Positions 62,163 to 64,000 of a DNA stretch of 64,000 bases are shown here, piece after piece (positions within the stretch are counted from its first letter, which is position 1; each line of letters opens with the position of its first letter). The translations under genes and the position numbers were made by a program. The DNA comes from Mobula hypostoma. Taxonomy: Eukaryota. Location: contig NC_086108.1 in assembly GCF_963921235.1 (NCBI RefSeq), forward strand, positions 66,156,001 to 66,220,000, in the 5' to 3' direction. A model generated the notes under the pieces. That model saw only the letters and a program-made list of their open reading frames with translations, was not told where the DNA came from and searched no databases.

Positions 62163-64000
62163 CACCTGCGAATCTGCTGGGGTTGTCTATTGCGTCTGGT
62201 GCTCTCAATGTGCCTCCCTCTACATTGGTGAGACCCGACATAAATTGGGGGCCACTTCGTTGAGCACCTCTTCTCCATCCGCCCGAAGCAGAACTTCCTA
62301 GTGGCCAAACATTTTAATTCCAATTCCTATTCCTGTTCTGACATGTTGGTGTATGGTCTCCAATTGTGTCACAATGGGGCCACCCTTAGGGTGGAGGACC
62401 AATGCCTTATATTCCGTTTGGGTAGTCTCCAACCTGATGACATGAATATCGATTTCTTCTTTTATTAAAAAAATTCTCTCCTCCTCCCCTCTATTTTCCA
62501 CTCTGGCCTCTTATCTCTTCTCACCTGCCTAGCTACCTCCTCCTTCCCTTTCTCCTCTGGTCCACTCTCCTCTCCTATTAGATTGGTTCCTTTCCTACCC
62601 ACCTGGCTTTGCCTATCACCTTCTAGCTATCCTCCATCCTCTCCCCCAACTTTTTATTCTGGCATCTTCCCCCTTTGTTTCCAGTCCTAAAGAAATGTCT
62701 TGGCCTAATCAGCCACTGTTTATTCCCCTCCATAGATATTGCTTGACCTGTTGAGTTGCTCCAGCATTTTGCGTATGGGCTGCTTTGGATTTTCAGCATC
62801 TGCAGTATTTCTCATGTATGCCTTCTCTGCTTCTTTTGCTAATCACCTAAATTTGCATTCACCATATACTGACCTCCCTGCCATGGAAACAGCTTCCTCT
62901 TGGTTACTCCATCAAAACCCGACTCTTGATTTCAAATATCCCTGCAAGGTATTCCTTAAGCATTCTCTATGGAGAATGAAAGCTATCCACTATCTCCACA
63001 AACTGCTGTCTCATTTCCTAGGAACCTGTCTTTAAAGAAAGGTCCTGACATCATTCACAAATTCCAGGAAGAAGCACAATTCTCCACATGAGCATAACCA
63101 GTTATTTATAAAGATGCTCGGCTTCTGTAGACAATTTACTATTGCATGCATATTTTAAGTCTTCTCAAGCTGTTCAACAACTTTTAAGTATTTGTATTCA
63201 CCCACCCCAACCGTTCTCTGCTTTGGCATTTTATATCTTTTCTTCATCTGGGCTGACTCTCAGGATGATGTGTATTGGGTCATATGCTGAAAACTGACAC
63301 CAGTGGTTCTGAATGGAAACACCGGTGTTTAACGTATTCAATGGCAGTGCATCCGGAAGTCAGCTATACGCTGTCCTGTCAATCATGGACATCCCCAGAT
63401 GTGCAGCGCTAAACCTCCAGGTGCCTGGGATGCTCCAGCATCTGCCCTGAGGTTTCTGCCTCTCAGATACTGAGCCAGTTTAGACTTGGAGCAGGACCCG
63501 AGACACCATTGATTTTGGAGAGGATTATAGTCAGACTGTGGATTAGGAGGCAAAGGAAGAGTAATTTACTGTTTTCCAAGTTATTTAGCTTAATGACTTT
63601 AATTTTCCATAAATGGTTTCAGGTGTTTGTCATTTTTCTTATTATTCATATATTAAAATATTAGCCTCAATAGTAATTGATTTTAAGTGCTCCAGAATGT
63701 CAGAAACATGTAAGAGCTACCGGGAAGTGTGATCGCTGTGCTCCTATACCCATTCTGATAATAGGTTCCTGGAAGGTTTGGAAGATTGAAATGGGTTCTC
63801 TGGACTTAGCCCAGTACGCATTCACAAGTGTATCTGGGGGTAAACCCAGGGCAGCCATATCCTGCTCATTTCCTTTCACAAAATTTATTCTATTTATACA
63901 CAAATATGTTTTAGGGAATATCAAAGCTTTTGCTGCATCCTGAAATGTGCACATATATTTATTTTCTGTCTCAATTCAAGAATTAAGCACCAGGAGTTGA

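Larger units (their letters stand above)
58880..62820 (+). mobile_element. Decayed Penelope-like element (RT, GIY-YIG, pLTR) with four nested insertions
   Basis: SDTSSYLPIEEDP; FYL..KLHKPECPGRPIVC; GVAMGIHMCSSYA|(MITE)|LFVGDVEQSM..RLVDNCIGA; LPFLDL; QHFTCE|SAGVVYC..C.QCASLYIGET (GIY-YIG); pLTR tail at about 62680-62820. Confidence 0.85.

Noticed and set aside
63240..63954. Short ORFs in unique sequence (45-88 aa)
   Set aside because: No recognisable domain or splice context.

Overview
AT-rich, CpG-poor eukaryotic DNA, intergenic or deep intronic. The repeat families look like those of a cartilaginous fish, probably a ray or skate (inference). I found no host protein-coding gene, rRNA, tRNA or CRISPR array that I can support. 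Almost every recognisable ORF is a transposon remnant. Mobile elements present: CR1-clade LINEs (APE, RT and ORF1 esterase fragments), Rex1/Babar-type LINEs, Penelope-like elements with minimal hammerhead ribozymes (often as short fold-back insertions), a HERO-type RLE non-LTR fragment, a probable RTE 5' UTR, two independent Gypsy-like solo LTRs, a mariner-derived MITE and a hAT-like fold-back element carrying Tc1 transposase DNA. The standout observation is in the HERO-type 3' UTR (45276-45394, minus strand). It holds a complete hammerhead catalytic core (GUC^, GAAA, CUGAUGA) with five perfectly paired helices, but the strands are in a non-circularly permuted, pseudoknotted order. Boundaries of old elements are approximate, and family names come from motif recognition, not database searches.
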